A DNA stretch of 64,000 bases from Octopus sinensis (Eukaryota), in the NCBI RefSeq assembly GCF_006345805.1, contig NC_043015.1:14880001-14944000 (forward strand). The letters are read 5' to 3'. Every line of letters begins with the position of its first letter. The stretch's first letter is position 1. A program made the translations under genes and the position numbers. This document shows, in pieces, positions 26,139 to 37,494 of the stretch. The notes beneath the pieces were generated by a model. The model searched no databases and was not told the origin of the DNA. It worked only from the letters and a program-made list of their open reading frames with translations.

Positions 26139-27914
26139 CTGTAAAAAAAAGAAACATTAAATGAATAATTATGTATTATTTTTTTTAAGGAAGTGTGTTT
26201 TTGTTTTGTTTTTATTTTCTTTTGTAAAATTTATTGAATTAGATATTTTCTTTACATGAAAGAACTGATTGGAAATAAATCAGTTATGGACAAGGAAAAT
26301 GTATAATTATATTTAATTTCTGTTATTTTCTGAGACTGTGTTGTAACAAGAACGCTTAAGTTTCTCTTTTTCTATAAATATAAAATATATATTGTTGGAA
26401 ATGACTTCACTAATCCACCAGAATATTTTCTGACAAAAAATAGATTATGCTTTGTCTATGGAAAGCCAAACTATTTCCATAACTTTAAAACATTATCACT
26501 ATATATAAAAACAAAACATCAGTTTATAATCAACAGATAACATACACGTACGTGTCTAGCAATCAGCAAATAAGGATTACATTTATTCTTAAATTTCATC
26601 ATATTTTATTAATTGATTTCATGCCAACTTTTTGCCAACTTCTCATGTTCCCTGTAGTTTAGATTTAAATAATAGCCTATTTTAACATAATTATTTCTTT
26701 AAATACATTCTGATTACATTTTTAATTTGTTAGATCTTAATTGAAGTTAGATGAATAAAAGTGATGGTTCACTAAGTTTAGCTTGATTTAATCATGAAGT
26801 GTACATATTTAATAAACCTGTTTAGATATATATCTCATTCAATTACAGACACTTTGCAAATACTATTTGGAATATATGTTTTTCTAAATAAATTTTCATA
26901 ACAGAAATATTCTTTGACAAGGAATCTATTTTTCTTAAGTGTATTACTTGCCAACCTGATATAGAACTTCTAAATGTTTCTAGTTGATTCAATTACTGCA
27001 TTATATTGGTCATATCAATCTGTCATAGCTTATAGTTACTTTGCTGTTGTACAGTTCTCATCATAACTCCCAGCACATCTTTTAATATCGCCAGTTTATC
27101 AGACCAGTTTGTTTATCTATCTTCAAGTCTTGAGCACTTGCTTAAATATAACCTTGATATTGATATTTAATATATTTTTTCTACTTTACTCACTTGTTGG
27201 CCCAAAAGCCTAGTAGACAGTATATTTTATTCTGAAGAGTATTCCAAACAGGAAGTCCCACTTTATCGTTTAAATGTTTTGTTTCTCATGTGCAGTATTT
27301 TTTATCATTTATCTCATAGTAATGTTTTCCTAAATTTCAGCTTTGCATAAATGTTTGACTCCTGTCTATTTTGTTTGCTTTGTCTTTGAATTGGGTTCCC
27401 CCCAATTTGTTCATTTGTGTGACATTAAAATAACCACAAAGTTTCTTTCTTCTTGGTGGTTATTACCAAAGATACATTGTTCTTCTGTTAATATCTTCAT
27501 TGTAGAAATTGTCACCATATTGAAGGGTTTATGCTACAGATATTTATGTAATTCAAACTGAAATTATATATTTCCACAATGGCAGTTGTCTTAGAAGATT
27601 AATCAATGTTTCCACTGACATGAATACTTCCTGCTGAAATGTGACTTAGCTGTCATTGATATGAAACTACATGTTAGAGGTAATATCTCTGAACATCCTA
27701 AATGACAGCCTGTCATCCAGAATACTCAGAAACACTTGTTTGTTTGTCAGAACAGTCTCCAAAAGTAGATTCATTTACTTTCCTCCTGACCTCAAAATTA
27801 TTCTATAATTTCTTTGACAGAAATCAAAGAGTGATGTGACAGATTCAGTTCTGTAAAGTTTTGTCTCTGAATCAGTTTCTGCTTCTTTGTATTCGTCTTT
27901 CTTTGTATATGTCT

Positions 27915-27917
27915 TTG

Positions 27918-28001
<84 letters not shown>

Positions 28002-28085
28002 AAACACATGTGCGTGTGTATGTGTGTGTTTTATGTGCATGTGTGTGTGTGCATGTGTGTACATGTGTGTGTGTGTGTGCATATA
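27915..28085. repeat. (TC)n followed by (TG)-rich microsatellite
   Basis: Direct reading. Confidence 0.95.
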
Positions 28086-28699
28086 TACATTTTAAAGCAT
28101 GTTTAGTTCTAGTTATTCCCAGTTATTTTCACTGCTTATTTAACTGGTTCTCATTTCTACCCAGCTCCCTGTAAACTGTACAATTGTAATACCCTAGTTA
28201 GCTTCTTATAACACTCTTATAATGCGACCAGTTGTTTTATTTCAAGAACTTGTTAGCTGACTCTGTATGTCCAGCTTTGTATAAACTGACCAATGCAGTT
28301 TTGTTTATCCTGTAATATGTTTGATTTATTTTATCATTAAAATAAATGGAAATCAAATTTTTCAACAAGCCTCAGTGTTTATTCTTTCTTTGCTTTGCTT
28401 TTTTTTTTTATTGGTTTCAGTCAGAACCTTTGGCCGTACTGGAGACACTGACATAACTTTTTTCGTATTCATCATTTCATAAAATTCTTTGATAATTATT
28501 TAATACACTATTTTTAAAGAAATTCTATCTCAATGAATTAACTGCAAACATGACTGTGTGATTAAGAAGCTCATTTTGCAGCCACATGGTTTTGAGTTCA
28601 GTCCCACTGCACAGCACCTTGGACAAGTGTGTTCTAGCCCTGGGCTAACCAATACTTTGTGAATGGATTTGGTTTGACAGAAACTGTGTGGAAGACTGT

Positions 28700-28762
<63 letters not shown>

Positions 28763-28764
28763 CA

Positions 28765-29514
28765 TCATCATCATCATCATCGTTTAACGTCCGCTTTCCG
28801 CGCTAGCACGGGTTGGACGGTTCGACCAGGTCTGGGAAGCCAGGGGCCGCTCCAGGCTCCAGTCTGAATCTGGCAGAGTTTCTACGGCTGGATGCCCTTC
28901 CTAACGCCAACCACTCCGTGAGTGGATTGGGTGCTTTTTACGTGCCACCTGCACAGGGGCCGGAGGGTCCGGCATCGGTCACGATCGGTTCGAGCTTTTA
29001 ACGTGTCAGCGGCACGGGGGCAACGAGGTCCGGGGTACTTTGGGGATCGGGGTACTTTGGGGATCCAGGGTACTTTGGGGATCCGGGGTACTTAGAATGG
29101 GTAGGGGGTATGTGGAATTGCTGCAGAAAGCAGCCCGGGTCTTTGTAGTCACAGCATATCTCCAGAGATCTCGGTCCTTCGCCATTGCCTCAGTGAGGCC
29201 CAATGCTCTGAGGTCATGCTTGACTACCTCATCCCATGTCTTCCTGGGTCTACCTCTCCCCCTGATACCTTCAACTGTTGGGAGTGGCACTTCTTCACAC
29301 ATCTCTCTTCATCCATCCGCAGCACATGACCATACCATCGCAAGCGTCGCTCTTGCACATCACATCTGATGCTTCTTATATCCAGCATTTCTCTCAGGAT
29401 GCTTACACTCTGTCTTGCGTGCACACTGACACTACACATCCAGCGGATCATGCTAGCTTCATTTCTTTCAAGTCTACGCATGTCTTCTGCAGTCACAGCC
29501 CATGTTTCATTACC
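28765..29514 (-). mobile_element. RTE LINE 3' fragment with 3' UTR and (ATG)n tail
   Basis: Translates as AVTAEDMRRLERNEASMIRWMC...RLRWYGHV...GRGRPRKTWDEVVKHDLR, homologous to ~63700-64000. Tail seen as catcatcat on +. Confidence 0.9.
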
Positions 29515-29561
29515 GTGATATATATCTGTAAAATAATATGTTACAATTACTCAATAGTCAA

Positions 29562-29622
29562 GATAAAACTCTGAGTTTCAGATGCCGAAGTGGAAATCCA
29601 CAACACCATCTCTTCGGTTATC
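29562..29622 (-). ncRNA. Hammerhead-like motif of a further family (core variant CCGAAGA)
   Basis: GATAA CCGAAGA GATG...CATC T GAA ACTC-A-GAGT T TTATC. Helices I, II and III are all pairable, the site is GUU, and U4 is replaced by C. Confidence 0.5.
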
Positions 29623-30512
29623 TGGCCATCTGAAAAACGCTATGAAAAAATACCATTATACAAAGGGAAATTACTGTATTATAATTCTGCTCGCGGACCC
29701 ATGTGCGTACTTATACGTCACTATGAAAACGTACACATCTTCACTCGCATCTATCGCCAAATATATACGCATATATATACAAACTCATACACACACACAT
29801 GTGTACCGTAAAAGTTCATTCATACGTCTATATACGCACAAGCACAAGAAAAACCATGGTTAAAGGTAACAGAAAAAAACATAAGGAAATATACAAAGCA
29901 TAAAAATGTATGTATGTATGTATAATAGACAAGTTAAAATAATGGTCATTACATATAATTCCTTTATTATAGCAAATTTGGCATGCAACTGTTTTCAGTA
30001 GTCATTATAGGTGGATTTTCTCATATTTGATCTATTGATCAGTTGAGGTACACTGAAAGACCGAAGAAAATTAATGACACCTTGTCAGAACCATGTCCAT
30101 GGAAAGCCCTTATCAAATTTCAACACATTGGCTGGAGAATATCTGACCTATATACAATGCCAATACGGTAATGTTGCTGACCTACGTTTATGATTCCCTA
30201 ATACGCCTACTGCTACACCTACTAATAACACTATTACTCATACAACTACTGCTATTACTCATGCAACTACCACTACCTGCCTTTTTACCTTTTCTACTAA
30301 AACATCCCAATCTTCCCCCACATTCCCCATACAATAGCCATTCTTCAAGTGCTCTGTTTGTTATTTCCAACAATGGCTCTGATGAAGGTAGCATTTTCTT
30401 AGGTCTTTTAATTTACCTCACTTAATCAATAGACCAACTGAATAAACCTATTTATAATGACTACTGGAAACATCTGTAAGCCAAATTTGTTATAATAAAG
30501 GAATTATATGTA

Positions 30513-31700
30513 ACTAGCTGAATAGCCTGTTGTTGCCAGGCAATTTTTACAATAAAATGTTTTGTATAAATTTTTGTTTATTCCATGTCAGACCATGCCT
30601 TCCCTGACAGACAGGCCTCTTGATTAGAAGATTTGTGCAATTTTTCACAGAAAAAAAACTTTGTTGGTGATTTTTTTCCTTTTTAGATTATTTACATGTC
30701 TGTTCAATCATTTCACATGACTGTTCATTAAAACTTATTAAAACTTCAGAAGTTCTTACAACTTTGGTTGTTGTAATGCTTTGTTTTCATTTGTTTAATA
30801 AAAATTCCTTCCCGTAATGATTTTGCTTTCATTTTGTGATAGGCAGCCATCATGCAAAAAATGCCAGCTTCCAAACCTGTTTTCTGATTAGGTGAAATTG
30901 ATTAAACTTTAAACCTCAGTAACATTTTTTGCTATTTTTCTGGAACAAATAAATAACAAAATTGGATTTTAATGTGCAAAATTATTTCAATATACCAAAT
31001 TTGAAAACTTTGTCGCAATTTTTAAATTTCATAATATGTGACAGCAACAGGGAAGACTCTACAAAAGTGAAGAGACATACAGTTATAGGACATCACACAC
31101 ACACACACACACATTTACAAACGTACACATAAGTTTAAAATGGTGTATAGTAGACATGTATGTATGTGTGAGTATTTCTTTGTGATGGGCAGCAAAAAAG
31201 TCATCTGTGAACAATTGTCATCAACTTATCCCCTCTCTCCTTAAAACTATGTATTCCTCACACTCACCTTTCTTTCCCTTCCTTGGTGTTTTAAAAGTTA
31301 CTTATGTGTATGTGCATGTGTGTGTATGCATGTATCTATGCATTTACAAAAGTATGTATGCAGTGTCACGTATATATCCCTAAATGACAGCTGCATTAAC
31401 GGTGCCATCCCACTGCCACTCCATATTTATTACTTACACAACTTTGTTCTCCCCCTTCCTTGATATTAGTCACGCTCACTATGCTACCACATTTCCTTCA
31501 CACTAACGCTTTTATCAAATAATACCTCCCCACTAGGGGGTTCATTACAGATTTTTATTGAAATTCAATTAACCTATAATTGAACTGGATGCTAGTTTAA
31601 CATGTATGCAAAGTTTCATCAAGATTGGTTCTCTGGTGTAGGCAGCAAGATGATAACAGACAGATAGACAGACAGAAATTGCCATTTATGTATAAAATTA
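30513..31700 (-). mobile_element. Degenerate Helitron/Helentron-like non-autonomous element
   Basis: The end at 30513 resembles the reverse complement of the 9474 terminus; the other end has (AGAC)n and caaagtttcatcaagattgg typical of such elements. Confidence 0.4.
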
Positions 31701-32645
31701 CCATTATTTTAACTTGTCTATTATATATAACTCTTTAAAAACTAGTTTATCTGAAGCCCATCCATGGATTTACAATATACAATTGTGATGAACCATAAAG
31801 TTGGACCTTACCAAAAGATTACTTGGAGTTCTTCAGTAATCTAATATTGTTAGCCTGGTGTCCAATGACTGAAGCAAAAGAAAAAAACCAAAATTTCTCA
31901 AAACTTCTTGTCAAACACATTTAAGTGTAATATCAACTCTTGCAGCAAGCATCGAAGAAATTCCAATACCAAGGCCACTCTTCCATAGCAAACATATCTC
32001 CTTTAATAAACATGGCTCCAACCTTCACAGTTTCTGGCACTACAAGTCCAACCCCTTCCAAACTACCAGAACACCATCCAACCCAATAAATGCAGAAGAT
32101 CAGATTAAAATACAAGCACCAAAATAAAGACTAGCATCCATAGCCTTGTTAGCCTCATTCATTGGAATGCATACCATAAGAGATATGTGCAGTAGAATAG
32201 CAAAATGTTGTGTCTAATTCTATATTGCCTATCTCTGCTCAAATTTCCATATTTCACACCTTATTCTTATTGAAGTATGTAGTTTGGATTACAACCAAGC
32301 AGAGATATTGTATATAGCAAGTGCCTTGGCTACTAGAGATAAGGTTGAACAATTATCACACTATGACACCTATTGAGGTAGAAACATGTGTCCACAACTG
32401 TCCTTTAATCACTAGACAATAAACCTGTCCTTTTCTTTAATGGTATGTCAGCTTTGGAGAATTCTTGATTACTGAGATTATCTCCCTTTCTGATATGAAG
32501 CTGTTCTTAATTGCTATTTGGTAATTATAACACATCCTCTAGAAGTGGAGATAATTTCAATAAATCATGAATTTCTTTTGTATGGTATTTCTCTACATTG
32601 TTCAAATACATGCAACTGGACATCCTGAGTTGTTTCTTTTAGCTC

Positions 32646-32679
<34 letters not shown>

Positions 32680-33430
32680 CCTGTAAATCACACCAAGTTG
32701 TTCGGCACACTACCCACGTGCTATAAAGAGCTGCTTATTGTGGCTGACTGGTGCTAAACAATGACAGTAAATAGACTTAGGGTTGATTTTATTTATTTTT
32801 CTTAAGTTCATTCTGTTGAATGTTCTCAAAACAGGTTTTCAAATGCAAACCAGTTAATTCCTAAAACTAGTTATTTTTCGATGGCAGTTTAAACATTCTC
32901 CTGGTTTATACTATTTGCAAAACATTAAAAATGTTCCATGAAAAACAACATTTTTGTATAATTGATATGTTATAATGTATGGCTTAAATTACAGATTTTG
33001 TGAATTTATGATTAACATCATTATAATTTTCTTAATTAAAATAAATTTAATATGAGACAACCATATTCTAACTGCTGTATTATAAATCAAAATGAATCTG
33101 CTGCCAGAGTTGCTAGCAGTGTGGGCAAAATGCTGAGCAGCTTTTCTTCTGATTTCACATTCTGAGTTCAAATGCTGCCAAAATCAGCTTTGCTTTTCAT
33201 CCTTTAAGGATCAATAAAATAAAGCACCAGTTCAGCACTGGGGTAGATGAAATCAACTCTCCCCTCCCCACCAAGTTAGAATTATTCCCCTCTTGAAACC
33301 AACCAGCCTGAGACCATCCCTTTGATGTTGTGCTACAAATTGCCTGTGTTAAAGTGATCTAAATTAAAATCTTTCATCAAAGTTCCTTGTTAATCTATGT
33401 TCCCAACACCAGATAAATAATGACAAAATT

Positions 33431-33967
33431 GTGAAGTATATTTGTCACTTAAATGTGGCTAACCACTAAGGGTGGATGCTACTGTAGCTTGTAGCCCCAG
33501 GAGAACATCTCCAGCTGGCTATTGACACACTTCCTGCAAAGGGAAGCCATCCTTCCCATTGTCGACCTGACGTGATACACACAGACCCGGGTTTCTGGGT
33601 ATTTACCCATCGTCAGCGCATGACAATCACCGGTCTTCAATGCGAAGGGGTCCCAATGCAAATACATATATCCTTTTTCCAGTGACGAAAAGTCACTGAT
33701 CTCGAAAAAGTGTAAACAAGCAATAATAAATCTCTGAACAAGATATAAACAGTTGCTGCACGACAGTGTGAAGTATATTTGCCACTTAAATGTGGCTAAC
33801 CACTAAGGGTTGATGCTACTGTAGCTTGTAGCCCCAAGAGAACATCTCCAGCTGGCTATTGACACACTTTCGTCACAGGAAAAGCTACAGTGGTTAGCCA
33901 CATTTAAGTGCCAAGTATACTTCACATTGTCATGCAGCTACTGTTTATAACTCATTCAGAGATTTAT
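33431..33967 (-). mobile_element. Non-autonomous hammerhead-bearing Penelope-like/retrozyme-like insertion
   Basis: 13-bp TSD TAATGACAAAATT (33418-33430 and 33968-33980). 102-bp direct repeats at 33431-33532 and 33768-33869 (period 337). Inverted arm 33889-33967. Hammerhead inside; no meaningful ORF. Confidence 0.75.
33578..33622 (-). ncRNA. Minimal type I hammerhead ribozyme, intact core
   Basis: Minus strand: CATGCG CTGACGA TGGGT-AAAT-ACCCA GAA ACCCGGGT C TGTGTG = helix I, core, helix II, GAAA, palindromic helix III, GUC site, helix I'. Predicted cut between 33584 and 33583. Confidence 0.8.
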
Positions 33968-34257
33968 TAATGACAAAATTATTTTAGTAAATTCTTTGTT
34001 ATTTTCAAAATTAGTTGAAACAGAAATAGTGTATTTCAGCAGAAATATAGTAATAAAAGGGGTTAAGTCAACTATAGCAGCAACTTGTTAGATTTCTAGC
34101 ATTTCATGATATAATACTAATAATCATAATAATAGTTTCAAATTTGGGCACAAGGCCAACAATTTTGGAAGATGGGGCAGGTCATTTACACTGACCCCAG
34201 TACTCAACTGGTACTTATTTTATCAACCCTGAAAGGATGAAAAGCAAAGTTGACTTT

Positions 34258-34640
34258 GGCAAGCGTGGTTTTGTGGTAAGTAGCTTGCTTACCAACCACA
34301 TGGTTCCAGGTTCAGTCCCACTGTGTGGCACCTTGAGCAAGTGTCTTCTGCTATAGCCTTGGGACGACCAAAGCTTCAAGAGTGGATTTGGTAGACGGAA
34401 ACTGAAAGAAGCTCATCGTATATATGTATATATATATATGTATGTGTGTCTGTGTTTGTTCCCTCAATATCACATGACTGGTGTGTTTACGTCCCCATAA
34501 CATAGCGGTTCGGCAAAAGAGAGCGATAGAATAAGTACTAGGCTTACAATGAATAAGTCCTGGGGGTTGATTTGTTCGACTAAAGGTGGTGCTCCAGCAT
34601 GGCCGCAGTCAAATGACTGAAACAAGTAAAAGAGAGTAAA
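34258..34640 (+). mobile_element. SINE family A, full length
   Basis: Same consensus as the 4659 copy. Confidence 0.85.
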
Positions 34641-34963
34641 AAAAGCATTAGAATGTAAAAGCAGATGAAATGCTGCTAAGCATTTCACCCAGCATGCTAA
34701 TGACTCTGCCAGCTCACCCCCTTGATTATGATTATGATGAACTTACTGTATACAATGCTCAGGTGCCCTATATCTCATCAGAAAAGTAACCAAAACAACA
34801 TGAACAGCACATAGAATTTGTACAGGAAGTGAACAGTGAATAAGTCATTACAAAAACAAAGGGAATGGTGGGTATCAGATGTACTGCTTCAGGAGGCATG
34901 AGAGTTTTGAAGGCTGTAGTGCCCTGACAGCTAACAACTGATGTTTAAAGCTGAGGTAAAATA

Positions 34964-36211
34964 CAAGAGAGTACCCAAAAGTAACCGGAAACGTTCTCTG
35001 TGGGACAAACCCATTGTAGTTTAGGCTTCTACTGCTAGAAGTCACTTGATGCAACCCTCAGGCATCAGTCTGCCAACATGGGATGTCAAGTGGAATTGTA
35101 TTGCCACATGGTGCGTCTTTGTCTTGCTATGCTTCTCCCTTGTTCGTCGATTTTTTGTAATGGCTGAAACAAAAGAACAGCATGCTTCTGTGAAATTCTG
35201 TTTTCTGCTGGGGAAAATGGTGGCTGAACCAGTTGTCATACTTCAAACAGTTTACATGGATGCTGCCATGAGCAAAACATCAGTTTACAAGTGGTTTTCA
35301 TGTTTAGTAATAGTCACTTGTCATTTGAAGACCATCCTCATTCAAGGCAACTGTCAACCTCTCGAATGAATAAAAATACCAGGAAAAATTCATGAACTGG
35401 TCTTGGAGGACCATTGCTGAATAATTGATGAACTTGTTGATATGACTGATGTGTCCAGAAGCTCCTGCCAATGAGCTTTGAGCAAGGAATTGCAAATGAA
35501 AAGAGTTGCAACAAAATGTGTGCCTCACTTGTTCATGGAAGATCAAAAGCCGACATGACTAAGTACATATTGTGAACTGAAAGAACAACTGGAAATTGAT
35601 CCAGATTATTTCTTTTTTTTTTTTTCTTTTTGAAGATCATCACTGGTGATGAAATCTGGCACTATGACTACAACCTGGAAATGAAACAACAATCAAGTCA
35701 ATGGAAGCACTCAATGTCACCATGCCCCCAAAAAGTGCGTCAGGTGAAGTCCAATGTCAAAACAATGCTGATTTGTTTCATTGATGTGAAAGGAATTGTC
35801 TGCACAGTATTTGTACCTCCTGGTGAAACTGTTAACCAAACATTTTACTTGGCAGTTCTGAAGCATTTGCAAGACATGGCGAGAGGCAAACACCCTGACT
35901 AGTGGCAAAGTGGAGGGTGTTGGTCTCATCATGACAATGCACCTTCACACACTGCCTTGAATGTGAGACAGTTTTTGACCAAAAATGGCATGACCCCATT
36001 TACCCACCTTCCTTATTAACCTGATCTTTCTCCCTGGAACTTTTTTTGTTCCCCCAAATAAAAAAAAGTCATTATAGGAAAACATTTTGCTGATGTGGAA
36101 GAGGTGAAGAAAAATATGACAGAGGCATTAAAAGCATCACTTAGAAAGAGATCTAGGACTGCTTTGAACAGTGGAAAACATGTCTGGACTGATACATTGC
36201 TTCAAATGGAG
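34964..36211 (+). mobile_element. Near full-length decayed mariner (irritans/Hsmar2-like)
   Basis: EQHASVKFCFLLGK, IITGDEIW, SNVKTMLICFIDVKG, HHDNAPSH, PY*PDLSP. 5' TIR after TA; 3' end cut by an RTE. Confidence 0.9.
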
Positions 36212-36827
36212 GTGTACTGAGTGCTACAGACCAAATCTGTGGCTAATGCAAAGTCCCTTCCAGACCTAGGGTAACATAGTGGTGGAACACTGCTGTAGAC
36301 AGGGCCGTTAGAGCAAAGAAACAGGCCTGGAAGAGTGGGGATAGCAGAGGACTGTATCAGATAGCCAAAAGTGAAGCCAGGAGACAGGTATATATAGCCA
36401 AGAGAGTAGCAGAAAAGAAAGTTTGCCAGTGTTCAGTAACATGAGGACCAAAGAACTGAAGTATTTTGGATTGCAAGACAGTATGTTAGAGAAAACCATG
36501 ATGTCATAGGAAAGAAATGTGTCCACATGGATGATGGTCCCCTTGTGTTTAATGATTCTGCAAAAAAAGAGGCTTGGAGGTGCCATTATGAAAGACTGCT
36601 GAAGGTGGAGAATGAATGGGAGAAGAGTCTGCCAAAGGTTGACCCAATTGAGGGACCATCTATCTGAATTGACAGTACCCTGATAGATAAAATAATTAAG
36701 GATGTGAAGACAGGAAAAGCACCTGGCTCATCAGGAATCACCACTGAGATGCTTAAAATATCGGGTGGTGTGGGTTATGGTCTTGTCACCCGCATTGTAA
36801 ATCCGGTAGTTCATGAAGGAGTCATAC
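36212..36827 (+). mobile_element. Decayed RTE fragment (same family as 61144) truncating the mariner
   Basis: MKTGKAPGSSGITTEMLKISGGVGYGLVTRIVNPVVHEGVI matches ~62460-62590. Confidence 0.85.
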
Positions 36828-36839
36828 AATGTTGTTGTT

Positions 36840-36918
36840 CTTATTATTATTATCATCATCGTTGTTGTCGTCGTCACGTTGTCATCGTTGTTGTCGTCAT
36901 TGGCGGTGGCGGTGGCAG

Positions 36919-36954
<36 letters not shown>

Positions 36955-36980
36955 CATTATTATTATTATTATCATTATTA
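36840..36980. repeat. Trinucleotide compound (ATT/GTC/GGC) repeat; (ATT)n also at 25505-25580
   Basis: Direct reading. Confidence 0.9.
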
Positions 36981-37139
36981 TTCAGGTCACTGCTTGGAAT
37001 CGAACTCGGAATCTTGTAGTTAGTAGCCCGCTCTCTTAACCACTATGTCATATGCCTGTGGTTATCTCCACATGCCATATGCTGTACGAGGTTATCTCTC
37101 ATGTATGAGACTTGTCAACACCTCAAAACTAAAGAGGTG

Positions 37140-37400
37140 CAACCTTGGTGTCTCTGTTTAAGAAGGATGGGAAATCTAAGTGCTGAAATTTCCATGGCAT
37201 CTTACTGCTCTCAGTGGTGGACAAAGTTTTTGCATGAGTTCTGCTGAACAGATTAATTTCCACAGTGACAAATGACATTCTTCCAGAACCACAAATTGGT
37301 TTTAGGGTACAAAGAAGAACTAATGACAAATTCAAGAAAAGTATATTAAGCAGAATCTTGACTTGTATCAACGCTTTGTTGATCCCACTAAAGTATTTGA
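37140..37400 (+). mobile_element. Short BovB-like RTE fragment
   Basis: NDILPEPQIGFRVQRRTND resembles the RT PESQCGFR motif. Confidence 0.55.
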
Positions 37401-37494
37401 CATGGACAACACATATAACTACTAAAAAAATGCATCTGAACCAGCTATAGCGAACTCTTTTGCACATATCTGTATGTGTGTGTGTGTATGTGTG

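Larger units (their letters stand above)
33283..34066. mobile_element. piggyBac-like MITE hosting the hammerhead element
   Basis: Right end AAAGGGG|TTAA. Sequence is continuous across the 13-bp TSD; the left end is degenerate. Confidence 0.4.

Noticed and set aside
29030-29093. Short repeats as a possible CRISPR array
   Set aside because: Tandem with no spacers, in a eukaryotic context; a minisatellite.
30375-30420. CTGATGA-A-GGTA...TACC resembling a hammerhead
   Set aside because: No GAAA and no helix III or cleavage site follow; at best a dead relic.
31800-32560. Possible old TE coding remnant
   Set aside because: No diagnostic motif recognised in any frame.
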